From a bacterium (lineage in GTDB: Bacteria > Zhuqueibacterota > Zhuqueibacteria > Oceanimicrobiales > Oceanimicrobiaceae), in assembly GCA_046757165.1 (NCBI GenBank), contig JBHHXT010000091.1, positions 1 through 18,673 of the forward strand: 18,673 bases of DNA. Direction: 5' to 3'. This document shows positions 17,114 to 18,673 of the stretch, piece by piece (within the stretch, counting starts at the first letter, position 1; the number at the start of each line of letters is the position of its first letter). Under the pieces are notes generated by a model that saw only the letters and a program-made list of their open reading frames with translations, did no database searches and was not told where the DNA came from. The translations under genes and the position numbers were made by a program.

Positions 17114-17142
17114 AATATAGAAATGATTAGATCTAAATGCAA
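17114..17142 (-). promoter_or_regulatory. Putative sigma70 promoter with a palindrome in the spacer
   Basis: TTGCAT-17 nt-TATATT, ending 5 nt before ATG 17108. Perfect palindrome TTAGATCTAA at 17127-17136. Confidence 0.55.
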
Positions 17143-17217
17143 CAAGATCCGACGGTAGTTTCTTCGAGAATGTTTGAGAGAGCTGGGTTGCAGTACATCA
17201 ATGACAGGCCGTTCCTG

Positions 17218-18144
17218 TCAATACAGCAGCTCGAATTGTTGAATCAAATGATGCGCAAAATCAGCCGCATAGACCCGAAATCCGGAATCAACGGCGACAT
17301 CGGTTGGAGAGAAGACGACTCCCTGCCATTTGTTCTCGTACCAGGTGCTAAACAGGTGGTGCATCTCGCTGTCGAAAACCTGCAGCCGCTTGTTGGCGGC
17401 ATCAGCAATGTAAATACGATTCTGGCGATCGATAGCCATGCCGCTGGCATCGGCAAACTGACCGGGGCCGGAACCGTGGCTGCCCCACATGCCGAGAAAC
17501 CGGCCTTCAGGCGTGAACTTTTGCAAGCGGGAATTGTGCGTGTCCAGCACCCAGACGTCTTGTTCGCGGTCCAGGGCCAGGTCCCCCGGAAACTCGAACT
17601 GACCTTCTTCATGACCGCGGCCTCCCCAGGTGAGCAAGAAATTGCCCTGCGCATCAAATTTTTGCACGCGGTGGTTGTTGAACTCCAATACCAGAATCTC
17701 ACCTTTGCGATTCACCACGACCGCGACCGGGGCATTGAACTCCCCCTCCGCGTTGCCGGGTGAGCCGAATTTGAACAGGAGGGTGCCGTGCGAATCGAAT
17801 TTGTAGACGGCGTCGTTGCCGAAATCGGTGATGTAAACATGGCCACGCTGGTCCGTCGTGATGCCGGTTGGACTGTCTAACACCTCCTGGCCCCAGCTCA
17901 ACAGGAACTCGCCCGCGGCGCTGAATTTCTGAATGCGGCGGTTCTGGGAATCAGTGACATACACGCTGCCATCGGGTGCAACGGCGACGCTTGACGGGTT
18001 GTAGAATTGCCCCCCGGCGGAACCGCGCCCGCCCCATTCCTTGATGAGCCCCAGAGCCCGAGGCTGTTCATCCCGCCGGCAACCTTGATTCAAGCTCGCA
18101 ACCATTGCTAGACCAACAGCGAGAAGTTGCCAATCTGCCCTCAT
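17218..18144 (-). CDS. NHL-repeat beta-propeller lipoprotein
   Basis: Start reassigned to ATG 18144 (GGAG SD). Signal peptide with LNQG-C. Repeated GQFxxPxxVAVxxxGxVYVxDxxNxRIQKF units. Confidence 0.88.
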   Translation of the reverse strand: MRADWQLLAVGLAMVASLNQGCRRDEQPRALGLIKEWGGRGSAGGQFYNPSSVAVAPDGSVYVTDSQNRRIQKFSAAGEFLLSWGQEVLDSPTGITTDQRGHVYITDFGNDAVYKFDSHGTLLFKFGSPGNAEGEFNAPVAVVVNRKGEILVLEFNNHRVQKFDAQGNFLLTWGGRGHEEGQFEFPGDLALDREQDVWVLDTHNSRLQKFTPEGRFLGMWGSHGSGPGQFADASGMAIDRQNRIYIADAANKRLQVFDSEMHHLFSTWYENKWQGVVFSPTDVAVDSGFRVYAADFAHHLIQQFELLY

Positions 18145-18202
18145 CACTGCTCCAATCGAGGGCCCCCTGCTAACGGTGCTACGGGGCCTCTCCCGGGCCG
18201 TT

Positions 18203-18673
18203 CTATTTTTCATCCACACGCTCCTCGAGTTGCTCCAGCAGCAGACCAGGATGGTCCTTGTCATCTTCAACCACCCGGGCTGAAATCGTAAACTTTTTTT
18301 CTCCCGTCTGAAGCCTTTCACGCAGTCTGGTCATCGTCCGCACGACGGTGTGGCCCTTTGGTTTCTGCGGTGACCGGTCCATCAACAGGAACGTTTGACC
18401 GGTACCGGGTACTTTGAAGACCAGATCCGCTCTTTTGCTTGTTTTTTCGTCCTGATTGCGACCCACCTCGCCGGTCGCTTTGATGTGAATTGCACCGGGT
18501 GAAAAATCCGCTTTCTTCACGGCCCGTCTCAGCTCTTTTGGGTTGAGGGGTTCATCCGCTTTCAGCGTCACATGAGCGCTTTGTGTTTCCAGACTGACCG
18601 TAACATCCTGAACGCCTTCCAGGCGCTTGAGGGTCTTCTTGACCCCGAAAGCTCACAAGCTTCAGGTCATGCC
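18203..18673 (-). CDS. HMA (CopZ/MerP-like) domain protein with a C-terminal extension; candidate selenoprotein with UxxU; 5' end outside the window
   Basis: In frame with ORF 18203..18571: GMT-TGA(18662-18664)-SL-TGA(18653-18655)-AFGVKKTLKRLEGVQDVTVSLETQSAHVTLKADEPLNPKELRRAVKKADF, a typical HMA fold pattern. Confidence 0.85.
18611..18645 (-). promoter_or_regulatory. Two tandem hairpins downstream of the UGA codons (candidate SECIS elements)
   Basis: GGGUC-AAGAA-GACCC (18631-18645) and AGCGCCU-GGA-AGGCGUU (18611-18627), folded by hand. Confidence 0.4.

Noticed and set aside
17202..17220. Hairpin TGACAGG-N5-CCTGTCA over the NHL stop codon as an intrinsic terminator
   Set aside because: It has a 7-bp stem but no real U-tract, which is insufficient support.
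1307..17763. Long plus-strand ORFs (1307-1990, 3797-4333, 10139-10783, 11945-12835, 13127-13747, 15059-15646, 17137-17763)
   Set aside because: These are antisense shadows of well-supported minus-strand genes with no recognisable motifs.
9682..18321. ORF-track N-terminal extensions of pstS (9924), cusA (14242), the NHL gene (18321) and the PIN ORF (14311)
   Set aside because: The extensions overlap neighbouring genes or promoters. pstS, cusA and NHL have better SD-linked internal ATGs. The PIN extension runs through the antitoxin gene.
44..18673. Genome-wide TGA reassignment (code 4 or 25) as the explanation for the in-frame TGAs
   Set aside because: The porin, phoR, phoB, both pstB, pstC and the NHL gene end in TGA at expected lengths, several with ATGA overlaps. 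Trp is encoded by TGG.
1..18673. CRISPR array, tRNA (including selC), rRNA, integrase or transposase
   Set aside because: No regularly spaced direct repeats, cloverleaf or recombinase motifs seen. Repetitiveness in 17218-18144 is explained by NHL protein repeats.

Overview
Gram-negative bacterial window with almost all genes on the minus strand. TGA is the ordinary stop for many genes. In transcription order (right to left): (1) a heavy-metal module: a 5'-truncated HMA-domain protein whose GMxCxxC motif reads GMT-TGA-SL-TGA (candidate double-selenocysteine UxxU), an NHL-repeat lipoprotein, a Cys-rich 129-aa peptide, a multidomain CusB-like adaptor and a CusA-type RND pump. An inverted antitoxin/PIN pair with a damaged toxin sits between cusB and cusA. 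(2) A complete Pho/Pst locus: a Pho-box promoter, phoU fused to a catalytically degenerate ArsC/LMW-PTP domain, pstSCA, two reciprocally degenerate pstB genes, a toxin-like remnant, phoB, phoR and a porin. (3) A frameshifted small exported gene whose C-terminal part resembles MerB and carries an in-frame TGA followed by a SECIS-like hairpin, then an outer-membrane beta-barrel gene. The best candidate for a new system is a selenoprotein-assisted metal-handling module that the ORF track misses. All family calls come from motif recognition by eye; no searches or folding programs were run.
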